A DNA stretch of 64,000 nt from Candidatus Gottesmanbacteria bacterium (GTDB lineage: Bacteria; Patescibacteriota; Microgenomatia; UBA10105; UBA927), in contig CAIJMI010000003.1 of assembly GCA_903821745.1 (NCBI GenBank), positions 22,690 to 86,689 of the forward strand, in the 5' to 3' direction. Below the pieces are notes generated by a model that saw only the letters and a list, made by a program, of their open reading frames with translations, was not told the origin of the DNA and searched no databases. This document shows positions 10,443 through 19,347 of the stretch, piece after piece. The position numbers were made by a program, and so were the translations under genes. The stretch's first letter is position 1, and each line of letters begins with the position of its first letter.

Positions 10443-10697
10443 TTATGGAAAAATTTGTTTTCCCGTTGCGTCTTTAATTGTAATTGCCATGACCGGACAT
10501 CCTTTTGCTGCATCAAGAAGGGCTTGATCTGTTTCCTCTCCAGCTGTTGGAAGAAGTATCGCTTTTGCTTCACTGTCTAAGGCATATGCCCGCGGAGCAA
10601 GGGCTACACAGGTTGCTGCTCCAATACAAAGTGCACGATCAATTGTGATTGTATAAGAACGAATGGTTTGTCCTGTTTGGGGTGTATGTGTTTCCAT
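10443..10697 (-). CDS. Small single-cluster ferredoxin (Pyrococcus-type fold), only three Cys
   Basis: 84 aa with CIGAATC ... GCPVMAI. Only three Cys; Ala occupies the position of the second cluster ligand. Immediately upstream of korA. Confidence 0.7.
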   Translation of the reverse strand: METHTPQTGQTIRSYTITIDRALCIGAATCVALAPRAYALDSEAKAILLPTAGEETDQALLDAAKGCPVMAITIKDATGKQIFP

Positions 10698-10704
10698 ATA
10701 CGTA

Positions 10705-11073
10705 TTATACGGTACTTGTCACTGCTTTTTGAAGCACTTCAAGAGGAAGTACTGCACATTTCACCCGTGATACGGAAAGTTCGGTATTTAACAGAGAAAA
10801 AATATCAGCTGATGTCAACTTCAAAATCTCTTTTTTTGTTTTTCCTTTTACTAGATCCGTTAACATTGATGCCGACGCTTGACTTATAGCACATCCCTCC
10901 CCTGAAAATTGAATATCCGTGACAATATCTTTTTTATCAACCTGTATTTCCATCGTAATTTTATCTCCACACGCAGAATTAAACAGTGTGTGCGTTGCTG
11001 TAGGTTTTGAAAGATGCCCAAAATTATGAGGGTGTTTATAGTGATCTAGGATAAGTTCTCGATAGATATCCAT
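10705..11073 (-). CDS. sufU: SufU/IscU-like Fe-S cluster assembly scaffold
   Basis: 122 aa NifU-N-like domain (NSACGD, GEGCAIS, C-terminal Cys). Confidence 0.8.
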   Translation of the reverse strand: MDIYRELILDHYKHPHNFGHLSKPTATHTLFNSACGDKITMEIQVDKKDIVTDIQFSGEGCAISQASASMLTDLVKGKTKKEILKLTSADIFSLLNTELSVSRVKCAVLPLEVLQKAVTSTV

Positions 11074-11075
11074 AT

Positions 11076-12305
11076 TTATTTAAACATTTTTTGTACTTTT
11101 TTAATGCCCAAAACGAGTGCATCAATGTCTTCTTTTGTCGTATAGATATAAAACGATGCCCGACAGGTTGCGCCTACACCTAAAAATTCATGAAGCGGCA
11201 TGGCACAATGATAGCCGACACGAATACAGATATTATCTTCATCCAAAATCTGAGCAACATCATGAGGATGGACTCCTTCCAGTCGAAATGCAATAACTCC
11301 TCCACGAATTTCCGGATTTTTTGGTCCATACATCGTTACTCCGGGTATGCTTAAAAGACGTTTCATTGCATACGACGTAATTTCCTTTTCATGACGACGG
11401 ACCTGATCCATACCAATTTTTTGTAAATATTCTACTGCTGCACCAAGACCGATGGCTCCTTCAATAAATGGCGTACCTGCTTCAAATTTATGAGGAAGAT
11501 CATTAAATAGCGTATCTTTCACATGTACTTCGCGAATCATATCGCCGCCGTATAAAAATGGAGGAAGGATATCAAGCAAAGCTTCTTTCATCCATAACAC
11601 ACCAATACCGCTCGGCCCCAACATTTTATGACCTGAAAACGTTATTGCATCAGCTCCCCATGCCACCACATCAACCGGTATATGTGGAACCGCCTGAGCT
11701 GCATCTGCAATAACCAAACAGTCTGGATTAATTCGTTTCACTGCTTTTACAATTTCAGAAATTGGCGTAATTGTTCCCAACACATTCGAAACAGCAGTAA
11801 ACGTAACAATTTTTGTTTTTCTATCAACTAATTTTTTAAGATCATGAATATTCAATGTTCCGTCTTTTTGGATATTCCATACCCTAAGCGTTCCACCGTA
11901 TTTGGTGACCAATTGTTGCCACGGAACAAAATTGGAATGGTGTTCCATAATAGTTGTCACAACCGAATCTCCTTTGGTGATACGGGATGGAAGCAGCGTA
12001 TAGGCTAATAGATTCAACGACTCTGACGTATTTTTTGTAAATACAATTTCTTTTTCTGACGGTGCGTTGATAAATTTGGCTATACGTTTTCTCGCATTTT
12101 CATAAGCTGCCGTTGCTTCCTCTGACATGGTATAAATACCACGAAAAACATTTGCGGTATATGTTGTGTAATATTTCGTCATTGCATCAATAACGTATTG
12201 TGGTTTAAGTGACGTTGCCGATGAATCAAGATAGACGATGGGTTTTCCATTGATGCGGCGTTTCAAAATCGGAAAATCTTTTCTGGTAGTTGAGATATTC
12301 ATCAT
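11076..12305 (-). CDS. sufS: Cysteine desulfurase SufS (class V aminotransferase)
   Basis: 409 aa with PLP lysine region SGHKMLGPSGIG and active-site Cys region HHCA. Confidence 0.9.
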   Translation of the reverse strand: MMNISTTRKDFPILKRRINGKPIVYLDSSATSLKPQYVIDAMTKYYTTYTANVFRGIYTMSEEATAAYENARKRIAKFINAPSEKEIVFTKNTSESLNLLAYTLLPSRITKGDSVVTTIMEHHSNFVPWQQLVTKYGGTLRVWNIQKDGTLNIHDLKKLVDRKTKIVTFTAVSNVLGTITPISEIVKAVKRINPDCLVIADAAQAVPHIPVDVVAWGADAITFSGHKMLGPSGIGVLWMKEALLDILPPFLYGGDMIREVHVKDTLFNDLPHKFEAGTPFIEGAIGLGAAVEYLQKIGMDQVRRHEKEITSYAMKRLLSIPGVTMYGPKNPEIRGGVIAFRLEGVHPHDVAQILDEDNICIRVGYHCAMPLHEFLGVGATCRASFYIYTTKEDIDALVLGIKKVQKMFK

Positions 12306-12311
12306 ATATTT

Positions 12312-12914
12312 CTACGGTTCATTATATATCACTTCTTTTATGAATTTGTCCTGAACAACAGACATACTATCATGAATAAATCCTTCAACATAGAGTGCTT
12401 TTGCTTGCGTTTCAGAAATCCCGCGGGTTTTCATATACCACAATGTATCTTCAGGAATTGTTCCCGTTGTCACTCCGTGTGTACACCGAACATCGTTATT
12501 TAATATTTCAAGTATCGGGGACGTGGTAATTACTCCTCCAGAACCTGTCAAAAGATTAATATTTTTTTGGTAGGCATCGGATTTTTTCGCATCCTTTCCG
12601 ATGTGGACGTTTCCCTGAAATAAAAATGTGCTCGTGTCGCCAATAAATGTTTTCACTAACAAATCACTTTTTGTTCGTGCTCCCACATGCGTTTGATAGG
12701 TCATAAGAGAAATGGCAGCACCATTTTTTGGCAAAACCAAACAGCGAATATTAGCCGTTCCCCCATCTGCATTCATTACAATATTCACCTTGGCATCAAA
12801 CGACTGTTCGGAAACAATTGATATATCAATGTTTACTACTTCTTTTTTTACCATCATATAGGTAAATGATGAATCAGTAACGTTTAATATTTTAATAATG
12901 TGTTTTTCAATCAT
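12312..12914 (-). CDS. sufD: SufD-like protein, short form (C-terminal SufBD domain only)
   Basis: 200 aa with the SufBD C-terminal signature VRCTHGVTTGTIPEDTLWYMKTRGI. Bounded by sufB upstream, so no room for an N-terminal half. Confidence 0.6.
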   Translation of the reverse strand: MIEKHIIKILNVTDSSFTYMMVKKEVVNIDISIVSEQSFDAKVNIVMNADGGTANIRCLVLPKNGAAISLMTYQTHVGARTKSDLLVKTFIGDTSTFLFQGNVHIGKDAKKSDAYQKNINLLTGSGGVITTSPILEILNNDVRCTHGVTTGTIPEDTLWYMKTRGISETQAKALYVEGFIHDSMSVVQDKFIKEVIYNEP

Positions 12915-12920
12915 ATGCGT

Positions 12921-14363
12921 TTATCCAACAGACCCCTGCATTTCCAAATCCATTAACCGATTAAGCTCCACCGCATATTCTAAAGGAAGTTCTTTCACGA
13001 TCGGTTCGATAAATCCGTTTACTATCATTGATGCAGCCTGATTTACAGAAATTCCACGACTTATTAAATAAAATAGTTGGTCGTCAGAAATTCTCGATAC
13101 GGACGCCTCATGCTCCATAACGCTTTGTGTTTCATGAATATCCATTTTTGGATATGTATCAGATCTTGATGCATCATCGACAATTAATGCATCACAGACT
13201 ACATTACTTCTTGAACCAGTTGCATTATGGGCAATATGGACCATTCCCCGATATGATGTCCGTCCCCCTCCGCTACTTATTGATTTTGAAATAATCCGTG
13301 ATGTGGTCTCAGGTGCCAAATGCAGCATTTTTCCTCCCGTATCCTGAATTTGTCCCTTTCCTGCATAAGCAATTGACAAGACTTCTCCATGCGCTTTTTT
13401 TCCCACAAGATAACAGGCAGGATATTTCATCGTTACTTTGCTTCCGATATTTCCATCTACCCATTCCATGATCCCTTCCTCTTCAACTCGAGCCCGTTTT
13501 GTTACTAAGTTAAACACGTTCGTACTCCAATTTTGCACGGTGGAATATCGGACCCGTGCACCTTTTTTTACAAAAATTTCAACAACGGCACTGTGAAGTG
13601 AATCGGTAGAATAAATTGGAGCAGTACATCCTTCAATGTAATGAACGAAACTTCCCTCATCGGCAATGATGAGCGTCCGCTCAAATTGCCCCATGTTTGC
13701 GGCATTAATTCGAAAATATGCCTGAAGCGGTAAGCCAACCGAAACATTCTTTGGCACATAAATAAATGACCCACCCGACCACACACTGCTATTTAACGCG
13801 GCAAATTTATTATCCCCAGGAAGAATAAGTTTTCCCATATATTGCTTGACGAGTTCCGGATATTTCCTGACCGCCGTGTCCATATCCGTAAATATGACTC
13901 CTTTTTCATGCAATGTCTTTTCAATACTTTTGTACACTACTTCTGATTCATACTGAGCAGAAACCCCGGAAAGAAACTTTTTTTCCATTTCAGGAATTCC
14001 GATTTTGTCATAGGTATCACGAATTGCATCAGGTAGCTCATTCCAACTTTCAGCCTGTGACTTAACCGGACGAAGATAATAAAATAAATTCTTAAATTGA
14101 ATATCAGCAAGGCTCGGTCCCCAGAATGGCATCTGTTTTTTCTGGTATATTCCAAAACTTTTTAAACGGAAATTTAACATCCACGCAGGTTCTCCTTTTT
14201 GCGCACTCATCTCGCGAATGACAGCTTCTGACAATCCCCTGCCTGATTTATATATATACTCATCAGGTTTATGAAATCCAAACGCATACGGAGCTGGAAT
14301 AAATGATTTCTTAGGTATTGCCATATCCACTTTTTTCAATTTGTTTTGCAACTGCCGCTCCAC
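12921..14363 (-). CDS. sufB: Fe-S cluster assembly protein SufB
   Basis: 480 aa SufB core. The start may instead be the internal MAIPKK at 14324, which would reduce the overlap with sufC to 14 nt. Confidence 0.9.
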   Translation of the reverse strand: MERQLQNKLKKVDMAIPKKSFIPAPYAFGFHKPDEYIYKSGRGLSEAVIREMSAQKGEPAWMLNFRLKSFGIYQKKQMPFWGPSLADIQFKNLFYYLRPVKSQAESWNELPDAIRDTYDKIGIPEMEKKFLSGVSAQYESEVVYKSIEKTLHEKGVIFTDMDTAVRKYPELVKQYMGKLILPGDNKFAALNSSVWSGGSFIYVPKNVSVGLPLQAYFRINAANMGQFERTLIIADEGSFVHYIEGCTAPIYSTDSLHSAVVEIFVKKGARVRYSTVQNWSTNVFNLVTKRARVEEEGIMEWVDGNIGSKVTMKYPACYLVGKKAHGEVLSIAYAGKGQIQDTGGKMLHLAPETTSRIISKSISSGGGRTSYRGMVHIAHNATGSRSNVVCDALIVDDASRSDTYPKMDIHETQSVMEHEASVSRISDDQLFYLISRGISVNQAASMIVNGFIEPIVKELPLEYAVELNRLMDLEMQGSVG

Positions 14364-15108
14364 CAGACTTAAAGATAATCCCGTTCTTTAAAACTGAAAC
14401 AACATCTGGATGCAAGTAGGAAAGCAGCCTCTGATAATGGGTAATAATGATGCATCCCGTACCATTTTTTTGAAGCAACTCAATTCCTGATGCCACAATT
14501 TTTAATGCATCTACATCCAGTCCGGTATCAATTTCATCGAATATTACAAATTTTGGCTGCAACACTAAGGCTTGCAGTACTTCAATTTTTTTTCGTTCTC
14601 CTCCTGAGAATCCTTCATGAATACTTCGTGTTAATAACATTGGATCAATATGAAGAAAGAGCGCATATTTTTTAATTGTTTCTAAAAGTTCAGAAAGCGA
14701 CATATCTGAAGATTTCCACCTGGCTGCAAGAACCGAATTATGTACGTGTATATCTCTTTTTTTGGTATCAGGATGCAGTTCCTGATATGCTGCGCGAAGA
14801 AGATTTGTCACACTTACACCAGATATAGCAATTGGCGATTGAAACGCAAGAAAAATACCGAGTTTTGCTCTATCTGACGTTTTCATTTTCGTTATATTCT
14901 TGCTTCCAAAATATAGGTTGCCTTTTACCGTATATTTCGTATTCCCCATTAAAACATTGGCAAGTGTAGATTTTCCGCTTCCGTTCGGCCCCATAATCAC
15001 ATACGTTTTTTTTGATTCAAACACCATGGAAATATCAGTAATGACATTTTTACCCGATGGAAGTGAAACGCTCAGATGCGAGACAGTAAATGATGGTTGT
15101 TTACTCAT
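14311..15108 (-). CDS. sufC: Fe-S cluster assembly ATPase SufC
   Basis: 265 aa ABC ATPase with Walker A GPNGSGKST, ABC signature and Walker B. Confidence 0.9.
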   Translation of the reverse strand: MSKQPSFTVSHLSVSLPSGKNVITDISMVFESKKTYVIMGPNGSGKSTLANVLMGNTKYTVKGNLYFGSKNITKMKTSDRAKLGIFLAFQSPIAISGVSVTNLLRAAYQELHPDTKKRDIHVHNSVLAARWKSSDMSLSELLETIKKYALFLHIDPMLLTRSIHEGFSGGERKKIEVLQALVLQPKFVIFDEIDTGLDVDALKIVASGIELLQKNGTGCIIITHYQRLLSYLHPDVVSVLKNGIIFKSGGAAVAKQIEKSGYGNT

Positions 15109-15111
15109 AAT

Positions 15112-15525
15112 TCATCCTTTCTTGATAAGTTGATCAAGGGTGACGTTTTCACAGTAAGTTAAAAACGTATTTTCAATTTGCTGTTTGATCCGTGCGGGTA
15201 AACAATCCGGTTGTAACGGACATTGACGAACTCCCTTTCCTGGAGGAATGACGTCATTGGTTGAACCTGCAGCTTGAAGAATTTGAAGGATGGTAATATC
15301 CGTTGCCGGTTTTGCAAGCACATACCCTCCACCAATTCCTTCTTTACTCTCTACAATTGCCGCACTCCGTAACCCACGAATAAGCTTTTTTAGATATGCA
15401 TTGGATACCCCATGGGACTTGCCAATATCAACCAGGGTTAGGCGTTGTCTGTCATGTGCAGCAAGCTCTGCCGCGATCAGGATACTTAGTTCTTCACATC
15501 TGGTAAGTTTCATAACTGATACCAA
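15112..15525 (-). CDS. Rrf2-family transcriptional regulator (IscR/SufR-like), probably Fe-S sensing
   Basis: 137 aa with an N-terminal wHTH and a C-terminal Cys triad (CPLQPDC ... ). First gene of the suf operon. Confidence 0.75.
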   Translation of the reverse strand: MVSVMKLTRCEELSILIAAELAAHDRQRLTLVDIGKSHGVSNAYLKKLIRGLRSAAIVESKEGIGGGYVLAKPATDITILQILQAAGSTNDVIPPGKGVRQCPLQPDCLPARIKQQIENTFLTYCENVTLDQLIKKG

Positions 15526-15557
15526 TATGGTATCAGTTACTGAGGAAATTGCAAGAG

Positions 15558-16406
15558 TTAGAGCTCTTCAGAGACGCGGTCAGTTTTTCCCATGAATACT
15601 TCATGTATCCCCTGCATCCGCAAAATAAAGTGTTCTTGTTTATGTAATGGATGATTATCAAAGTTAATAAACTGATTGACTGCTTCAGTTTGCGTTTCAT
15701 GACAAAGCAGTGCTTTGCCTTTAGCAATTTTGGTGCCTTCAATATCAATGGAAGTCGTAATAAATTTGTCTTTCGTACCAAGCAGCGGTTTATCAAATGA
15801 TTCCTCGGGTATAATTTTCATCTTTTTGAGGTATGACGTCACGTGTTCCGGCATGCAAACAAAATATAATTTCGGTTCTTTGCTTTCCGGATCTCGTTCA
15901 CCAAACATTTGCATATGTGCTGCTTCCTTCCATACTTTCCCTCTTCCTGGACGGAATGTTTCCGGATGTTTCAGCTCTTCAATATGCTCAACGTATTTTT
16001 GAAACGCGAATGTCGTGGCAAAACATACTTTTATACAATCAGGATCATTATTCATCCCTGTCGTATCATGTGTAATCACAACATCAGGTAATTGTTCGAT
16101 CATTTTTTTATATATTGGATCTTCTATCGTTCCGGGAGACAGTGCTGTCAATTCTCCATCAGGCTGAGATAGATAGGACACGCTGCGAACGCCTAATATC
16201 TTTGCAGCTACCTCCAGTTCTTTCTTTCGAAGATCCGCAAGTGCTTGATCTTTTGCCCACACAAACTCTCCACTCTGGCCTTTTTCACCATTTGTGGCAA
16301 TAATTAATTCAATTTTCCATCCAAGCTCCGCATATTTAGCAATCGTTCCACCTGCCATAAATGACTCATCACTCGGATGCGCAAACACAACTAACATTGT
16401 TTTCAT
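15558..16406 (-). CDS. PIG-L/LmbE-family N-acetylglucosaminyl deacetylase
   Basis: 282 aa. AHPSDE, a variant of the AHPDDE motif, near the N-terminus. Confidence 0.72.
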   Translation of the reverse strand: MKTMLVVFAHPSDESFMAGGTIAKYAELGWKIELIIATNGEKGQSGEFVWAKDQALADLRKKELEVAAKILGVRSVSYLSQPDGELTALSPGTIEDPIYKKMIEQLPDVVITHDTTGMNNDPDCIKVCFATTFAFQKYVEHIEELKHPETFRPGRGKVWKEAAHMQMFGERDPESKEPKLYFVCMPEHVTSYLKKMKIIPEESFDKPLLGTKDKFITTSIDIEGTKIAKGKALLCHETQTEAVNQFINFDNHPLHKQEHFILRMQGIHEVFMGKTDRVSEEL

Positions 16407-16420
16407 GATACAATTCTATC

Positions 16421-17296
16421 ATGAATGCTATACCTACCGCTTACGCAACCGACTGGATAGAATACGCTCTCCTCGATAGTGGGGACGGAGAAAAACTGGA
16501 AAACTTCGCCGGATACACCATCATTCGTCCGGACCCCCGTGCTATTTGGAAACCCCAACAGTCAAAAACTCTATGGAAACAGGCCGATGCCCGTTTTATT
16601 CGCACAGATAGCGATCATGGGGAATGGAATATCAAAAAACAACCGCCAATAAATTGGACCATAACGTATCATGACATGCACTTTGTCCTACACCCAACGG
16701 ATTTTAAACATGTTGGTATTTTCCCTGAACAAGCTGTGAACTGGTCATGGATGCAATCCATTATTTCTCCAAATTCTACCATTTTAAATCTTTTTGGATA
16801 CACAGGAGCGGCAACTGTTGCAGCCTGTAAAGCAGGAGCGCACGTTACGCATGTTGACAGCTCAAAGCCATCAATCACCTGGGCTCATGAAAATTGTGAA
16901 AAAAATGATATTGACATCAAGCAAACACGATGGATTGCAGAAGATGCCGTTAAATTTGTTATTCGGGAAACAAACCGTGGGAATACCTACGACGGCATTA
17001 TCCTTGATCCTCCACGATTTGGACGGGGTGCAAAAGGGGAAGTTTGGAAACTCGCGGACGATCTTCCGTATCTTCTTTCAAATCTAAAAAATATTTTATC
17101 CAAAAAACCATCATTTATTTTACTTAATGTATACACGGCAGACTTATCGAGTCTTGCATTATACAACTGCATGCATTCGGTTTTTTCATCTCTTGAGGGG
17201 ACATTAACATTTGGAGAACTGACAACAAAGGAAAAAAATACTGATCGATTATTGCCACAGGGGTCATTTGTCAGATGGCAAGCAAAGAAAAATTAA
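16421..17296 (+). CDS. Class I SAM-dependent (rRNA) methyltransferase, RlmI/RlmK-like
   Basis: 291 aa with GYTGAATVAA SAM-binding motif and DPPRFG catalytic motif. Confidence 0.7.
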   Translation: MNAIPTAYATDWIEYALLDSGDGEKLENFAGYTIIRPDPRAIWKPQQSKTLWKQADARFIRTDSDHGEWNIKKQPPINWTITYHDMHFVLHPTDFKHVGIFPEQAVNWSWMQSIISPNSTILNLFGYTGAATVAACKAGAHVTHVDSSKPSITWAHENCEKNDIDIKQTRWIAEDAVKFVIRETNRGNTYDGIILDPPRFGRGAKGEVWKLADDLPYLLSNLKNILSKKPSFILLNVYTADLSSLALYNCMHSVFSSLEGTLTFGELTTKEKNTDRLLPQGSFVRWQAKKN

Positions 17297-17589
17297 AGCC
17301 ATTTATCCGCAAGATATGTAATGGTAACACCACCAAGAGCACCAATCATTGGTCCCCATAATACCTCAAGAATTGTTATCTCAAGTCCCCAATTATGAAT
17401 GAGTGCGTAATTAACCAGTCCATATACTGAAATAGCTAATATTCCACAAGCTGCACCGATCAAAGCACCCTGCAAAAGTTTTGGATGACCACCGGTTTTA
17501 TATAACACGAGAAACAAGGTTGTTGCGACAAGTAACAGTTGAGCGAGCAATCCTGGAATTAATTGAAGATCTAATTTGCCTCCAACCAT
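17293..17589 (-). CDS. Small integral membrane protein (3 predicted TM helices)
   Basis: 98 aa hydrophobic ORF. The same frame stays open and hydrophobic for about 40 codons upstream without a canonical start. Confidence 0.45.
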   Translation of the reverse strand: MVGGKLDLQLIPGLLAQLLLVATTLFLVLYKTGGHPKLLQGALIGAACGILAISVYGLVNYALIHNWGLEITILEVLWGPMIGALGGVTITYLADKWL

Positions 17590-17776
17590 TCGAGCAATGG
17601 GAGCAAACCATAGACTATATTGTTTTCCAAAAAGAATGAGATGCCAAAATGCGTCGACTGCACTTATTATGACAAAGGACAGAAGATATACAAGAAAAAG
17701 TATAGTGCATCCTCCTTAAAAACCTTTCGAAATAGTATACCACAATCTTAATTTTCCGTGATATACTGGCCTTAAG

Positions 17777-18178
17777 ATGGATAAAACATCGCTTCTCGAT
17801 GCTCACACAATTGCCATAGTCGGGGTATCCGATGATGAGAACAGACCAAGTTTTGCAGTTGCCTCCTATCTTATTCATCATGGATATATCATTATTCCTG
17901 TCAACCCCAATCTTGCATCATTATTTGGTGAGAAATGCTACCCTTCAATAACAGCAATACCAAACCATATCCATTTGGACATTGTTGATATTTTCAGAAA
18001 GCCTGAATATATTCCAGATATCGTTGAGGAAGTACTGAAAAGAACCGAAAAGCCCATTATTTGGATGCAGGAAGGAATTATTTCTGAAGAAGCAAAGAAA
18101 TTGGCTGAATCTCATGAATTGCCCGTCACTATGGATGTTTGTATTATGAAGGAACATAAAAAGCTTATAGCTTCATAG
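17777..18178 (+). CDS. CoA-binding domain protein (YccU-like)
   Basis: 133 aa with the TIAIVGVSDDENRPS ... IIPVNP Rossmann-like CoA-binding pattern. Confidence 0.72.
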   Translation: MDKTSLLDAHTIAIVGVSDDENRPSFAVASYLIHHGYIIIPVNPNLASLFGEKCYPSITAIPNHIHLDIVDIFRKPEYIPDIVEEVLKRTEKPIIWMQEGIISEEAKKLAESHELPVTMDVCIMKEHKKLIAS

Positions 18179-18222
18179 CTATATTCAGAAAATTTTCAGA
18201 ATTCTGGTGGTATGATACATAT

Positions 18223-18609
18223 ATGAAAAAAGAACTAACAATATCCTTACTCATTACCATTTTCGTTCTTGTGGGTGCATTTCTTATGATCGCAAAATCA
18301 ACGACGCCATCTGTATCAACCGAAACCACGTCGACGCCCACACAAATGACGACATCTTCTACTTCCACAAATATTGTCACCTCAATTGATGTTCAAAAAC
18401 ACAACTCCATCTCTGATTGTTGGATAGTACTAAATAATAACGTTTATAATGTCACCTCATATATTGATCAACATCCAGGCGGTCTAACCATGGTTCCGTT
18501 TTGTGGAAAAGACGCAACGGAAGCATATAATACAATACGAGAGGGCAGCGGACATTCAAATAAAGCGACAAAACTCTTACAATCTTTTTATGTAGGCACT
18601 ACTCAATAA
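18223..18609 (+). CDS. Membrane-anchored cytochrome b5-like haem-binding domain protein
   Basis: 128 aa. N-terminal TM helix and a Thr/Ser-rich linker. Core b5 signature HNSISDCWIVLNNNVYNVTSYIDQHPGG, with a second His in GSGHS about 25 residues downstream. Confidence 0.7.
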   Translation: MKKELTISLLITIFVLVGAFLMIAKSTTPSVSTETTSTPTQMTTSSTSTNIVTSIDVQKHNSISDCWIVLNNNVYNVTSYIDQHPGGLTMVPFCGKDATEAYNTIREGSGHSNKATKLLQSFYVGTTQ

Positions 18610-18615
18610 CGTTAT

Positions 18616-18885
18616 ATGAGAAACACACAATTATATCTGTTTTGTAAAAAAATTCATCGACTTCTCGTTATACTGATGATAGTTCTTGGAAGTATCATGG
18701 CTGGAACTGGTTATATGATGCATGAGGGCGTATACATCCTCGTATCAGCTATACAAATTCGATTCTTTCACAATAATTTAAGCATTCTTTTTTCCATTAT
18801 TCTTGGAATCATGTCTCTCACAGGACTATACCTGTTTCTCTTTCCTTATCTCAAAGTAAAAAGAGAACCGCCACTAAGTAATTGA
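18616..18885 (+). CDS. Small membrane protein (His-containing, 3 TM)
   Basis: 89 aa starting 7 nt after the b5 gene stop. Three predicted TM helices with His residues. Confidence 0.45.
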   Translation: MRNTQLYLFCKKIHRLLVILMIVLGSIMAGTGYMMHEGVYILVSAIQIRFFHNNLSILFSIILGIMSLTGLYLFLFPYLKVKREPPLSN

Positions 18886-19347
18886 AGAAATTGAATACGT
18901 AACTACCCCAGATGGAATTATCACCTCCACCGAATCTTTTTCTTTCTTTCCCATTAATGCCTTGCCAATAGGAGAAAAATATGAAATAGTATGTTGCTTT
19001 GGATCTGATTCATATCCCCCAACGATTGTATAGGTCATCTCTTTTTGCCCATCTGATATCGTAACAACGCTTCCAATATCAACAAATCCCATACGGCTCG
19101 ATTCGACAACTTTTCCAAAACGAATTAATCGTTCTAAATGTCTCAGTCTTGTATCAAGTGATGATAATTTCGCACGCGCAGCTTTGTAATATCCATTTTC
19201 AGACAGGTCTCCCATTTCACGGGCTTTTCTTAAATGTTCAACTGCTTCCGGTCGTTCATCGGTAAGCTTCTTTTTTTCATCGAGAAGCTGTTGATACCCG
19301 ATAGCTGTAAATGGAATGCGTTTTGGTTTAGGTGCAAAAACCTTCAT
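18874..19347 (-). CDS. GreA/GreB-family transcription elongation factor, second paralog
   Basis: 157 aa with the DLSENGYY coiled-coil tip and an FKBP-like C-terminal domain. Overlaps the bcp stop by 4 nt. Confidence 0.8.
   Translation of the reverse strand: MKVFAPKPKRIPFTAIGYQQLLDEKKKLTDERPEAVEHLRKAREMGDLSENGYYKAARAKLSSLDTRLRHLERLIRFGKVVESSRMGFVDIGSVVTISDGQKEMTYTIVGGYESDPKQHTISYFSPIGKALMGKKEKDSVEVIIPSGVVTYSISSIT

Noticed and set aside
12312-12914. Idea that SufD is truncated by a frameshift
   Set aside because: The gene is tightly bounded by sufB upstream (stop at 12921) and sufS downstream. No open upstream frame exists that could supply an N-terminal half, so the short form appears genuine.
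17615-17881. 88-aa minus-strand ORF (MMNKIGGNCK...)
   Set aside because: It overlaps the start of the plus-strand CoA-binding protein gene. Its only ribosome-binding context is GGAGG directly abutting the ATG, with no spacing. Composition is Cys/Arg-rich.
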